Shown: in pieces, positions 8,353 to 15,808 of the stretch | Layout of the letters: the number at the start of each line of letters is the position of its first letter | How positions within the stretch are numbered: position 1 is the first letter of the stretch | NCBI GenBank assembly: GCA_041736305.1 | Contig: JBGSTX010000266.1 | Coordinates: forward strand, 1-24,529 | Source: Oligoflexus sp. | GTDB taxonomy: Bacteria > Bdellovibrionota_B > Oligoflexia > Oligoflexales > Oligoflexaceae | Length of the DNA stretch: 24,529 nt | Direction: 5' to 3' | Program-made: the position numbers and the translations under genes | The notes under the pieces: generated by a model | What the model was told of the DNA's origin: nothing | Database searches by the model: none | The model's input: only the letters and a program-made list of their open reading frames with translations

Positions 8353-9429
8353 ATGTTTGAAATCAGCTCGCGAATGAAGCAACCCAATCCAGCAGTGGAC
8401 ACAGATTCTGGCCAGTTTGTTGTGCAGAATCACGCAAACTGGAGGCTAGGCCTGCCCTTCGATGCGATCCTTCCCCCAGCCACACAGATGCCCGCGGTTG
8501 TGGCTGTAGGCGGAGGCAAAGGCGGGGTTGGGAAAAGTATTGTTAGTGCCAATCTTGCTGCTACTCTAGCCCAATTTGGTTATAGAGTCTTGGTAGTCGA
8601 TCTCGATTTAGGTTGCTCCAATCTTCATAGTCACTTCGGCATATCAATGCCTAAAAAGAGTTTGGCCGAGTTCCTGCTCAGTAAGACGCAGAGCTTTCGG
8701 GATGTGATTCTCCCGGCTCCGGTCCAGGGGCTAGCCTTTATCGCCGGTGGTCGTGAAGAGATTTGGAACGATTACATCGATCAGCCGAGCGATTATCTGG
8801 TGCCCCTCTGGCAAGCTCTGGTCAACAGCCGCCAGCAGTTCAAAGTAGATATAGTAGTCCTTGATCTTGGGGCAGGAACGCATCGTTACACGATGGACTT
8901 TTTCAGCTGCGCGCATCTCGGTATTGTGACCAGTCTGCCTGAGCCGACATCTATAGAAAATGCGTACTCCTTCTTTAAGATGGCACTCTGGAAACTCATT
9001 GATAACACGGGTCGCCATCTGCGCCAGTACGAGGTGGCTCAGGATATAAAGGCTGCCCTCACATCTATGGCCGGAGGCTCGCTCAACAGCGGTTACGCCA
9101 GCTACTTCAAGCAGCTCCAGCTGAGCTATCCGCAGTTTGTTCACGAGCTGCTGAAAGCAGTACAGGCGCGCACGATGGGTCTCATCATCAATCAAACGCG
9201 CGATCAATCGGATATCGAACTTGGTTCTTCGATGGAGCATATCTGTCAAAAATACTTCGGCCTTCCGACTAAGTATGTCGGCTATCTGAACTACGACGAA
9301 GCTGTGCTTAAATCGTTGAAAAATCGCCGTTTGCTTGTTTTGGATTTTCCTCATAGTATGATCGCTAAACGACTCTCAGTTACTGCATCTCAATCTCTGA
9401 AAATACTCGGCATGCAACGGAGAAATTGA
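8353..9429 (+). CDS. MinD/FlhG(FleN)-like P-loop ATPase
   Basis: Deviant Walker A GGGKGGVGKS, VLVVDLDLGCSNL, DIVVLDLGAGT, PEPTSIENAY (FlhG-type PEPTSITDAY), LIINQ. Confidence 0.85.
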   Translation: MFEISSRMKQPNPAVDTDSGQFVVQNHANWRLGLPFDAILPPATQMPAVVAVGGGKGGVGKSIVSANLAATLAQFGYRVLVVDLDLGCSNLHSHFGISMPKKSLAEFLLSKTQSFRDVILPAPVQGLAFIAGGREEIWNDYIDQPSDYLVPLWQALVNSRQQFKVDIVVLDLGAGTHRYTMDFFSCAHLGIVTSLPEPTSIENAYSFFKMALWKLIDNTGRHLRQYEVAQDIKAALTSMAGGSLNSGYASYFKQLQLSYPQFVHELLKAVQARTMGLIINQTRDQSDIELGSSMEHICQKYFGLPTKYVGYLNYDEAVLKSLKNRRLLVLDFPHSMIAKRLSVTASQSLKILGMQRRN

Positions 9430-10277
9430 TGATCGAACAGCTTGGACCGGAATCCAAATCGACGCGACGTAATCAGGCGTCCGGGCCTGGTCAGGCGCTG
9501 AGTTATTACGAACTCCTCGATGTTTCTACGCAGGCCTCGCGCATGCAGATTCGCGAGGCCTATATTCGTCTCAAGTCAACTTACTCGAGTGGCAGCCAAG
9601 CACTTTATTCGCTGCTTTCTGATGAAGAAGCCAAGCAGACTCTCGAAAAAATGGAAGAGGCCTATCGTGTTCTCGACGATGAACTCCTTCGTAAAGACTA
9701 CGATGATTCGATAGGTATCAAGCGAGAAATGCCGCGCTCCCAGGCGGGAGATATTTTTCCAAATAGCTACGATCATGGTCGACCCCAGAGCCATAGCCAC
9801 AACTACAACCATAGTCGGGTCGTCGAATCGACGCCTACCCAGGCTTTTGGCAACGATAGTCGCGATCAGTGGTCCGATGATTCTCCGGACTCGCGGCCGA
9901 TCTCGCGGCGGGTCTCCTCCTTCACCAAAATCAAGAAATTTGCGACGCGGGCGTTCGATGCAGGAGTGAAGGAGCAGGAACTCGAACTCCTGATGAAGCC
10001 CCAGGCCTTTGACGGGGTAGTACTCACCCAACTCCGCGATCTGATGGAAGTTCCTCAGTCTGAAATCCAGGAACGAACCAAAATTGCGATCGAGTACATC
10101 AAAGCCCTGGAAAATAACGACTATCAAAAATTGCCGTCTCTCGTGTATGTTAGGGGCTTTCTGAAGATCTACCTTCAATATCTCGGTCTTCAAGATCCGG
10201 AAGCCAAGGGTTTGATCGAAGCCTACACGGAGAAATACAACCAGTGGCGCGAGAAACACCGACCCCACTCGTCCTGA
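9429..10277 (+). CDS. DnaJ-like (HPD-less) N-terminal domain + disordered linker + C-terminal RodZ/XRE-type HTH domain protein
   Basis: YYELLDVSTQASRMQIREAY...MEEAYRVLDDELLRKDYD is J-domain-like. GVVLTQLR...IQERTKIAIEYIKALENNDYQKLPSLVYVRGFLKIYLQYLGL is HTH_25/RodZ-like. ATG 9429 overlaps the ATPase stop (TGATG); TTG 9426 is an alternative start. Confidence 0.8.
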   Translation: MIEQLGPESKSTRRNQASGPGQALSYYELLDVSTQASRMQIREAYIRLKSTYSSGSQALYSLLSDEEAKQTLEKMEEAYRVLDDELLRKDYDDSIGIKREMPRSQAGDIFPNSYDHGRPQSHSHNYNHSRVVESTPTQAFGNDSRDQWSDDSPDSRPISRRVSSFTKIKKFATRAFDAGVKEQELELLMKPQAFDGVVLTQLRDLMEVPQSEIQERTKIAIEYIKALENNDYQKLPSLVYVRGFLKIYLQYLGLQDPEAKGLIEAYTEKYNQWREKHRPHSS

Positions 10278-11284
10278 AAGTGGAGGCGTCCGATGCCGGG
10301 CGCCTCGATACCTATTTGGTTCGTCAGTTGAATGAGCAGAGCCGCTCTTCCATTCAAACCTGGATCAGAGCCGGCCATGTACTGGTCAATGGTCTGCAAC
10401 AAAAGACCGGTTATGCCCTCGAACCTGGCGATGAAATCACCATCCATAACAGCGATGCGCTGCGACCCCAACCGGGATCGACCGAACTCCAGCCTATGGC
10501 GATGCCCCTCTCCATACTTTACGAAGACGAGTCCGTACTCGTCATCGATAAACCCGCAGGTCTCGTTGTACACCCCGGTGCAGGGACGCGTGGACGTCCT
10601 ACTTTGGTAGCGGGAGTACTGGCTCATCTGGGAGCGAAGGCGGGCGACTTGCCGGGTGAAGTCGAGCGTCCGGGCGTCGTTCACCGGCTGGATAAGGACA
10701 CTTCGGGCGTCATCGTCTTCGCGAAGACTCTCAGTGCGCATCGGCATCTGGCCCTACAGTTTAAGAATAAGACTAATCTTCGAGAATATGTCGCTCTCTT
10801 GGATGGGATGCTGCCTGATGAAAAGTGCACGGTGGAAAGCTATCTGACACGCGATCCGCGCTTTCGGATCCGCTTCATGGCCCATTCGCTCGAAGCCTAT
10901 GAAGCTCTCAAGGAAGCAGAGGCTGACCTCTCTAGCTATCGCTATGCGAAAACTTATATCGAGCGCCGCAAGGTCTACGGCAAGCGACTCAGTCTAGTCG
11001 TTCTGCGTTTGGATACCGGTCGGACCCACCAGATTCGGGTCCACGCCCGCAGTCTAGGAATGCCGATCTGGGGGGATATTCTCTACGGCGCCAGCCAGCG
11101 TCTTCCCCCGCAGTTTCCAGCGGCTTTGAAGGTGGCTTTAGAAGCTGTGCCGCGCCACCTTTTGCATGCTCGACGTTTGGGCTTTGAACACCCGCTCAAT
11201 GGGCGTAAGCTGGCTTTTGAAGCTCCTCTTCCCGAAGATTTTCGAAGCGTGCTAGAATTGTTAGAAAAGCATAGTCAAAGCTAG
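10244..11284 (+). CDS. rluD: RluA-family 23S rRNA pseudouridine synthase (RluD-like, with S4 domain)
   Basis: GRLDTYL and SRSSIQTWIRAGHVLVNG (S4), ILYEDE, IDKPAGLVVHPG, RPGVVHRLDKDTSG (catalytic Asp), TGRTHQIRVH, GDILYG, LHARRLGFEHP. Start position is uncertain. Confidence 0.92.
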   Translation: MARETPTPLVLKVEASDAGRLDTYLVRQLNEQSRSSIQTWIRAGHVLVNGLQQKTGYALEPGDEITIHNSDALRPQPGSTELQPMAMPLSILYEDESVLVIDKPAGLVVHPGAGTRGRPTLVAGVLAHLGAKAGDLPGEVERPGVVHRLDKDTSGVIVFAKTLSAHRHLALQFKNKTNLREYVALLDGMLPDEKCTVESYLTRDPRFRIRFMAHSLEAYEALKEAEADLSSYRYAKTYIERRKVYGKRLSLVVLRLDTGRTHQIRVHARSLGMPIWGDILYGASQRLPPQFPAALKVALEAVPRHLLHARRLGFEHPLNGRKLAFEAPLPEDFRSVLELLEKHSQS

Positions 11285-11330
11285 AGAGCGCTGCACCCAG
11301 CCCTCTCTGTCTAGCCAAGGGATCGAAGCA

Positions 11331-12362
11331 ATGCATGTCAGGTCTTTAGTAGCTTGGATAGTGAGCTTGGTCATGGCCCAGCCTTTAGTGGCCAACGAAG
11401 CAAAAGAAGTCCGAGATCTGAAGGATCTCAAAGATATCAAGGCTAAGATCAGCGAGATTGCCCAGCAGGAAATGGTCTTTCTCCTCGTCGACAAGGCGAA
11501 GCTGAAAGCCGATTTGATGACCTGGCCGGAAAACGATCAAGTCGCCGAGCGACTCATGTCGTTTCGAATCGCTATAGGTAAGGAAGAGGGCGATAAGCAG
11601 AAGGCTGGTGACAACCGGACCCCTGAAGGCATCTACTTCGCCAAGAAGATAATCGCCCAGGGTCTACCCGCGAAATATGGTCCTTTCGCAATTCCTATCG
11701 ATTTCCCCAACCCTCTCGATCGTTTTCTCGGCAAAACCGGCCACGGCATCTGGCTGCATGGGGTCGAGCAAGATACGCGCATCGATGCGGCCAAGATCAC
11801 AGAAGGCTGCGTAGCCTTCTATAATGCTGATATCGAAGCTCTCACCCAATGGGTCATGCCCGATCAGTCGGTGATCGTCATAGCCCGCGATGCTAAGGAA
11901 GTGAACCGTCGCCAGGACATTACGCAGGTTAAAAAGCTGACCCTCGCTTGGATCGACGCCTGGGCGAAGCGCGACCTCAGCCGTTACATCGGTTTCTATA
12001 CCGACGATTTCAAGCATCTGAATAGAAGCCTGAAAGGCTTCCACGCCTACAAGCGTCGCGTTTTTAACATGTACAAGAATATGAGCGTGAAGATGAGCCA
12101 AATCAGGGTCTTCACGCACGATCGCTACGCTGTCGTCGTGATGAACCAAGACTTCAACGGCGACAACCGCTACAAGAACTTCGGCCGGAAGGTCCTCTAC
12201 TGGCAGCGGAGCGATGAGGGCGAGTGGAAGCTCTTTCACGAAGACTTCAACGAACACCCTATCCAGCTGACCAGCCTATCGCGCGAAAAGATCGCCAACA
12301 TCATCAGGCTGTCGCCCAGTACCAAAATCCTGCAAGATCAGCGTGTTGAATCGCGGCTTTGA
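11331..12362 (+). CDS. L,D-transpeptidase/carboxypeptidase (YkuD) with C-terminal NTF2-like domain; Csd6/Pgp2/Bd1075-like
   Basis: Signal peptide; GDKQKAGDNRTPEGIY, YGPFAIPIDFPNPLD, GIWLHG...TEGCV (His/Cys catalytic motif); C-terminal WIDAWAKRDLSRYIGFY...KVLYWQ...WKLFHE is NTF2-like. Confidence 0.88.
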   Translation: MHVRSLVAWIVSLVMAQPLVANEAKEVRDLKDLKDIKAKISEIAQQEMVFLLVDKAKLKADLMTWPENDQVAERLMSFRIAIGKEEGDKQKAGDNRTPEGIYFAKKIIAQGLPAKYGPFAIPIDFPNPLDRFLGKTGHGIWLHGVEQDTRIDAAKITEGCVAFYNADIEALTQWVMPDQSVIVIARDAKEVNRRQDITQVKKLTLAWIDAWAKRDLSRYIGFYTDDFKHLNRSLKGFHAYKRRVFNMYKNMSVKMSQIRVFTHDRYAVVVMNQDFNGDNRYKNFGRKVLYWQRSDEGEWKLFHEDFNEHPIQLTSLSREKIANIIRLSPSTKILQDQRVESRL

Positions 12363-12366
12363 TAAG

Positions 12367-12398
12367 GGAGACCCTTTGGGTCTCCTTCTTCTCTTCTT
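12367..12398 (+). terminator. Rho-independent terminator after the L,D-peptidase gene
   Basis: Perfect 8-bp stem GGAGACCC-TTT-GGGTCTCC (12367-12385) followed by a pyrimidine tract TTCTTCTCTTCTT, 4 bp after the stop codon. Confidence 0.8.
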
Positions 12399-12452
12399 CC
12401 CTTTCCCTCTCTAGAGCCTTCCCACAAATATTAAGTAGGCAAATTTTTGCCC

Positions 12453-12479
12453 TCTTGAGTTTTTCAGCTTGGCCGATGA
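12453..12479 (+). promoter_or_regulatory. Possible sigma-28-type promoter for the FliF-FliG-like gene
   Basis: GCCGATGA at 12472-12479 is a 7/8 match to the sigma-28 -10 element GCCGATAA. The -35 at canonical spacing (TCTTG) is weak. Confidence 0.35.
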
Positions 12480-12517
12480 ACTGAGGCAGAAGTAACTGAA
12501 ACTCAGGCGAACTCAGC

Positions 12518-14995
12518 ATGCGATTCCAAGGTCTACATTTTATCCTCTGTTTACTCCTTCTCGGGAGCGCTAGAGGCTATTCTGCAGACAGCATCGGCGA
12601 TCGCATCGAAAGCGTACGCCGAGAAACCAGCCGAGAGGCTGGACAACGGATACAGGTGCTTCTGGAGCGTTACTGCAGCCAGCAGTGTCAGCTGCTCGAT
12701 GTGCGGGTCGAAGTTCATGAGACAATCTCAGATAGCGATGATCTCGGCTTCGAAGGGAGCAACAACGCTAATGAGGCCAGCTCTCGACTGGAAATCCAGA
12801 GCGTCCGCGCATCGATCCAAATAGATGGACGGGTCACTCCCACTGATCGGCAGCGTCTGGAAACTCTGATCCGGAATAAAATAAGACCTATGGCCGCGGA
12901 GAGCACTGTTCAGTGGGAGACAGTTGATCTGCCGACCATCGGCCAGCAGGGAGCTCCCAGCGAAGAGCTCGAACAGGCTCTTGAATCCAAGCTCCGCCAA
13001 TCCTTCCAGAGCGTCATCGACCGCTATTGTCCTGATCAGTGTATGATCGACCGCATCGATATCGAAGCGCAGGAAGCGAGCGCGGCTGCACTCTATAACC
13101 TACCTTCGAATCAGGTCCTACGCGGTCGCCGGGGTGAAGGCGGTATGCGAGTGACTGAGGTCCGCGTCCAGCTGACGATGGATGAAGCTCTCAGCGATCG
13201 TGAAAGAGACCGCATCGTGCGCCTTATGCAGGCCCAAACCCGCTTTGTGCAGCCTGTCATCATCACCCAGAACGTTACTGAGTTTCCTGAAACTGCTCTC
13301 GATAAGAAGCGTAAAGCCGCTGAGGAGTCGGTCGACCCTTACGGGCTCGAAAAGCTCCGCCAAATGCTTATTCTCTTCCGCGACTTGGCCGGCACCAAAG
13401 AAGTCATCAATACGCAGACCCTAGAAAGCAAGACCAGCAGTGAGCAGAACAGCCGTCTGGAAGCTAGCTCCAATCAAGAGCGTACTGCGGAGTTGAAAGA
13501 ATCAGCTTCGCGAGAATCCACAGAGAACAGTAGCAGTAGCTCAAGTAGTGAGCAAAAACTCAAAGAAAATAGCCGAAGCAGCGACAGTAATACGGCTTCC
13601 AGCATAGGTAACCTCAGCGTTGAAGAGCTGGCAGTCTATGGCGCCGGTCTGATCTTGCTCTTGACTCTCGTCTCCATAGTGCTCCTCAAGTTCTCGCAAA
13701 CCAATCGGGCTGCCAAAGAAATGATCATGGCCAGTCGAAGTTCGTACGCGCCCAGCGCGGGGCGGATGGATGAGGGCGGCTACGGTGAAGCAGGAGGCGG
13801 TGGTGGCCGGGACATGGGGGCTGGCAACAGCGGCCAGGGCCATGGCGGAGGCCAGGTCCATGCTCCGAATATGATGACGAGCGAAAGCAGTCAAAAGCAG
13901 TCTATGCTTGGCTTCCGCGTTGCGCAGATGAAGCAGGAATTAATCCAACAGTTTGTCGAACAGCGATCGGTAGCACGAGAAACCTTCTCACGCCTGCTCA
14001 GAGAAGATGGCGTCGGCGAAACGGCTAAGTATGTAGCTATCTTCGGTCAGTTGATAGTATCGGAGCTGCTCAATGACCCTAGCCTCAAGCGGGATCTCTA
14101 TGAACTGAGCGAGTATTTTCATCGCGCTAACCTGAAATTCGACCTTGCTACCGAGCTGACTCTGCTGGAGCGGCTCAAAACTATGGTTACAGCGAGCGAA
14201 ATCAGACTCCTCGCGAATCAGTCGACCGAGCGCTTTGGCTTCCTCAATCGTCTCGAAGGTCAGCAGATTTACAATCTCATTATTGACGAAAATCCTCGCT
14301 TGCAGAGCATAGTCTTGACGCAGCTCGACCGGAAGAAGCGCTCGCTGCTCTTCGAACTCTTCAATGGCGATGCAAAAATCAAGTTGCTCGAAGAACTTTC
14401 GCACGCCGAAGCGATTCCAAGGGAGTTCCTCTTCAACGTCGCCCAGGCGCTGCAGAAGAAGATTCAGTCGCGCTCGGAGTTCGATACAGAAAATCTTCGC
14501 TCGAGCGATATCCTACTCGACCTGCTGGAACGCGCAAATCTCAGGGAACAGAAGCGCCTCATGCGCACTCTCGAGCGGAACAACCCCGATACCGCGCGGG
14601 CCTTGAAGGTGAAGTTTGTAACTGTGGAGATGCTCCGCTTCCTCAAGGATGGTCATCTACTCGAAGTTGTGCTCGGCATGGAGCGGGAAGATCTCTTGGC
14701 CTTCCTCGTGGGTTCCGACGAACACATTCGCGATCTGCTCCTGAAAAAGGCTCCCGACGAATTGGCAGCAAGCTGGATCGAGGATATCCGCAATATGTCG
14801 AATATCGAAGACAGTGCTTACCGCAATGCCGAAATGAAAATCAAAGCTCGCATACGCGGACTGGCCAGCAACGGCGCTATCAGCCTGCTCGATATCAACG
14901 ATCTTATCTTCAACAAAGGGCAGCCTGATGAGGATGAGAGGGGCGGATCTCCAGGCGATGGGCGCGCATTCAGTAAAGGCGCGTTTGCAGCATAA
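12518..14995 (+). CDS. Membrane-anchored FliG-domain protein; putative FliF-FliG-like natural fusion (825 aa)
   Basis: Signal peptide (aa 1-22); two tandem ~105-aa repeats each with RYCxxQC; Ser-rich linker; TM helix aa ~371-391; Gly-rich linker. FliG-M-like: FGFLNRLEGQQIYNLIIDENPRLQSIVLTQL (cf. F.fL...EHPQ.iA.iL..L). FliG-C-like: LERNNPDTARALKVKFVTVEML...AEMKIKARIRGLASNGAI (cf. dpelA..ir..MFxFedl...AQ..I...iR.L...GeI). Confidence 0.75.
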   Translation: MRFQGLHFILCLLLLGSARGYSADSIGDRIESVRRETSREAGQRIQVLLERYCSQQCQLLDVRVEVHETISDSDDLGFEGSNNANEASSRLEIQSVRASIQIDGRVTPTDRQRLETLIRNKIRPMAAESTVQWETVDLPTIGQQGAPSEELEQALESKLRQSFQSVIDRYCPDQCMIDRIDIEAQEASAAALYNLPSNQVLRGRRGEGGMRVTEVRVQLTMDEALSDRERDRIVRLMQAQTRFVQPVIITQNVTEFPETALDKKRKAAEESVDPYGLEKLRQMLILFRDLAGTKEVINTQTLESKTSSEQNSRLEASSNQERTAELKESASRESTENSSSSSSSEQKLKENSRSSDSNTASSIGNLSVEELAVYGAGLILLLTLVSIVLLKFSQTNRAAKEMIMASRSSYAPSAGRMDEGGYGEAGGGGGRDMGAGNSGQGHGGGQVHAPNMMTSESSQKQSMLGFRVAQMKQELIQQFVEQRSVARETFSRLLREDGVGETAKYVAIFGQLIVSELLNDPSLKRDLYELSEYFHRANLKFDLATELTLLERLKTMVTASEIRLLANQSTERFGFLNRLEGQQIYNLIIDENPRLQSIVLTQLDRKKRSLLFELFNGDAKIKLLEELSHAEAIPREFLFNVAQALQKKIQSRSEFDTENLRSSDILLDLLERANLREQKRLMRTLERNNPDTARALKVKFVTVEMLRFLKDGHLLEVVLGMEREDLLAFLVGSDEHIRDLLLKKAPDELAASWIEDIRNMSNIEDSAYRNAEMKIKARIRGLASNGAISLLDINDLIFNKGQPDEDERGGSPGDGRAFSKGAFAA
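12623..13288 (+). repeat. Protein-level tandem duplication of a ~105-aa extracytoplasmic domain within the 825-aa ORF
   Basis: RIQVLLERYCSQQCQLLDVRVE...EIQSVRASIQIDGRVTPTDRQRLETLI...TVDLP aligns with SFQSVIDRYCPDQCMIDRIDIE...RVTEVRVQLTMDEALSDRERDRIVRLM...VTEFP. Confidence 0.75.
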
Positions 14996-15016
14996 ATTCG
15001 GAGCACAAATTTTCTC

Positions 15017-15057
15017 AAAAATAAGGCTTGGGATAGTATCCCGAGCCTTAGTTATTT
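15017..15057. terminator. Probable bidirectional intrinsic terminator between convergent genes
   Basis: TAAGGCTTGGGAT-AGT-ATCCCGAGCCTTA is a 13-bp stem with one G-U pair, flanked by AAAAA on the left and GTTATTT on the right. Confidence 0.75.
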
Positions 15058-15061
15058 GAAC

Positions 15062-15808
15062 TTAAGGTGCCGCTTGATACTCTTTAGCGAGCGGAAACTG
15101 TAGATTAAAATCGCTGATCTTCACGGCAAGAAGAACTTTGCCTTTGCCCAAATCAGGAAAAAATTCTGGATCAGATGACGCCGCGTCTAAGGAGGCTAGC
15201 TGCGCCTTACCTTGGGCCTTTAGTTCGAAAACAAAGCTCTTATTATCGAGAGTCTGCCCCAAAGTTTTGAAGAATTTGGGTAGAAAAAAAGTCGATATGG
15301 GCAGTTTCGGCCCCAGGCTGCTCAGGGTGAACTTGGCAATTTCGTTATTCTGTGCCGAGACTCTGATCGTTTCTTCGCCCTTTTTCGAACTATCTACGGC
15401 AAAGCTGGCGAGTTCTTTTGGGATACCCCAGTTCTTGCGACCGTTGATCACACTACTCATACTGGAGACAAAAATCTTGCTGATAGAAGCATGCGACTGA
15501 GTATCTTCGAAGCGAAAGGTCCCTGGTATATAGAGGAGTTCCTTGTATGGGCCGACTGGTGAACTCTTATAGTCGACCAGCATGACGACACTAAAGGATT
15601 GCTCGTAGCGATCCTTGAGAGTGTCGCTGATAAATCCTGTCTCTAGATTTTCCTCTTTACTGACAGAACTCAGAATCAGGTAGCCATCCCCATTCAAAGT
15701 CCAGGGTGCAGGCTGGTCCTGACTTTGGCCTAAGCCCGACCATGAAGACATGAAAAAACTTAGAGGAAGCAGCCAAAACCAAGTACTCCGTTTGCTCTCA
15801 CGCATCAT
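15062..15808 (-). CDS. Acetoacetate decarboxylase-like superfamily protein with probable signal peptide
   Basis: PAPWTL, VMLVDYKSSPVGPYKELL, ISKIFVS, GRKNWGIPKELA (ADC Schiff-base Lys motif G.PK). Basic/hydrophobic N-terminal extension; 4-bp overlap with the upstream GMC gene. Confidence 0.8.
   Translation of the reverse strand: MMRESKRSTWFWLLPLSFFMSSWSGLGQSQDQPAPWTLNGDGYLILSSVSKEENLETGFISDTLKDRYEQSFSVVMLVDYKSSPVGPYKELLYIPGTFRFEDTQSHASISKIFVSSMSSVINGRKNWGIPKELASFAVDSSKKGEETIRVSAQNNEIAKFTLSSLGPKLPISTFFLPKFFKTLGQTLDNKSFVFELKAQGKAQLASLDAASSDPEFFPDLGKGKVLLAVKISDFNLQFPLAKEYQAAP

Noticed and set aside
8353-9429. Calling the ATPase flhG or minD outright
   Set aside because: No flhF/fliA or minC/minE context and an atypical insert, so only a family-level call is supportable.
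8731-10268. Long minus-strand ORFs 8731-9354 and 9576-10268
   Set aside because: Antisense to well-supported genes and lacking recognisable motifs; likely codon-bias shadows.
12381-12412. 32-nt pure pyrimidine tract
   Set aside because: Adequately explained as the terminator's 3' arm and tail; no repeat periodicity.
13420-13605. Ser-rich AGT/AGC low-complexity stretch as a possible repeat array or phase-variable tract
   Set aside because: In-frame degenerate linker codons with no perfect tandem unit.
12518-14995. Assigning the symbol fliG or fliF
   Set aside because: Architecture and key motifs differ from both canonical genes and the locus is non-flagellar.
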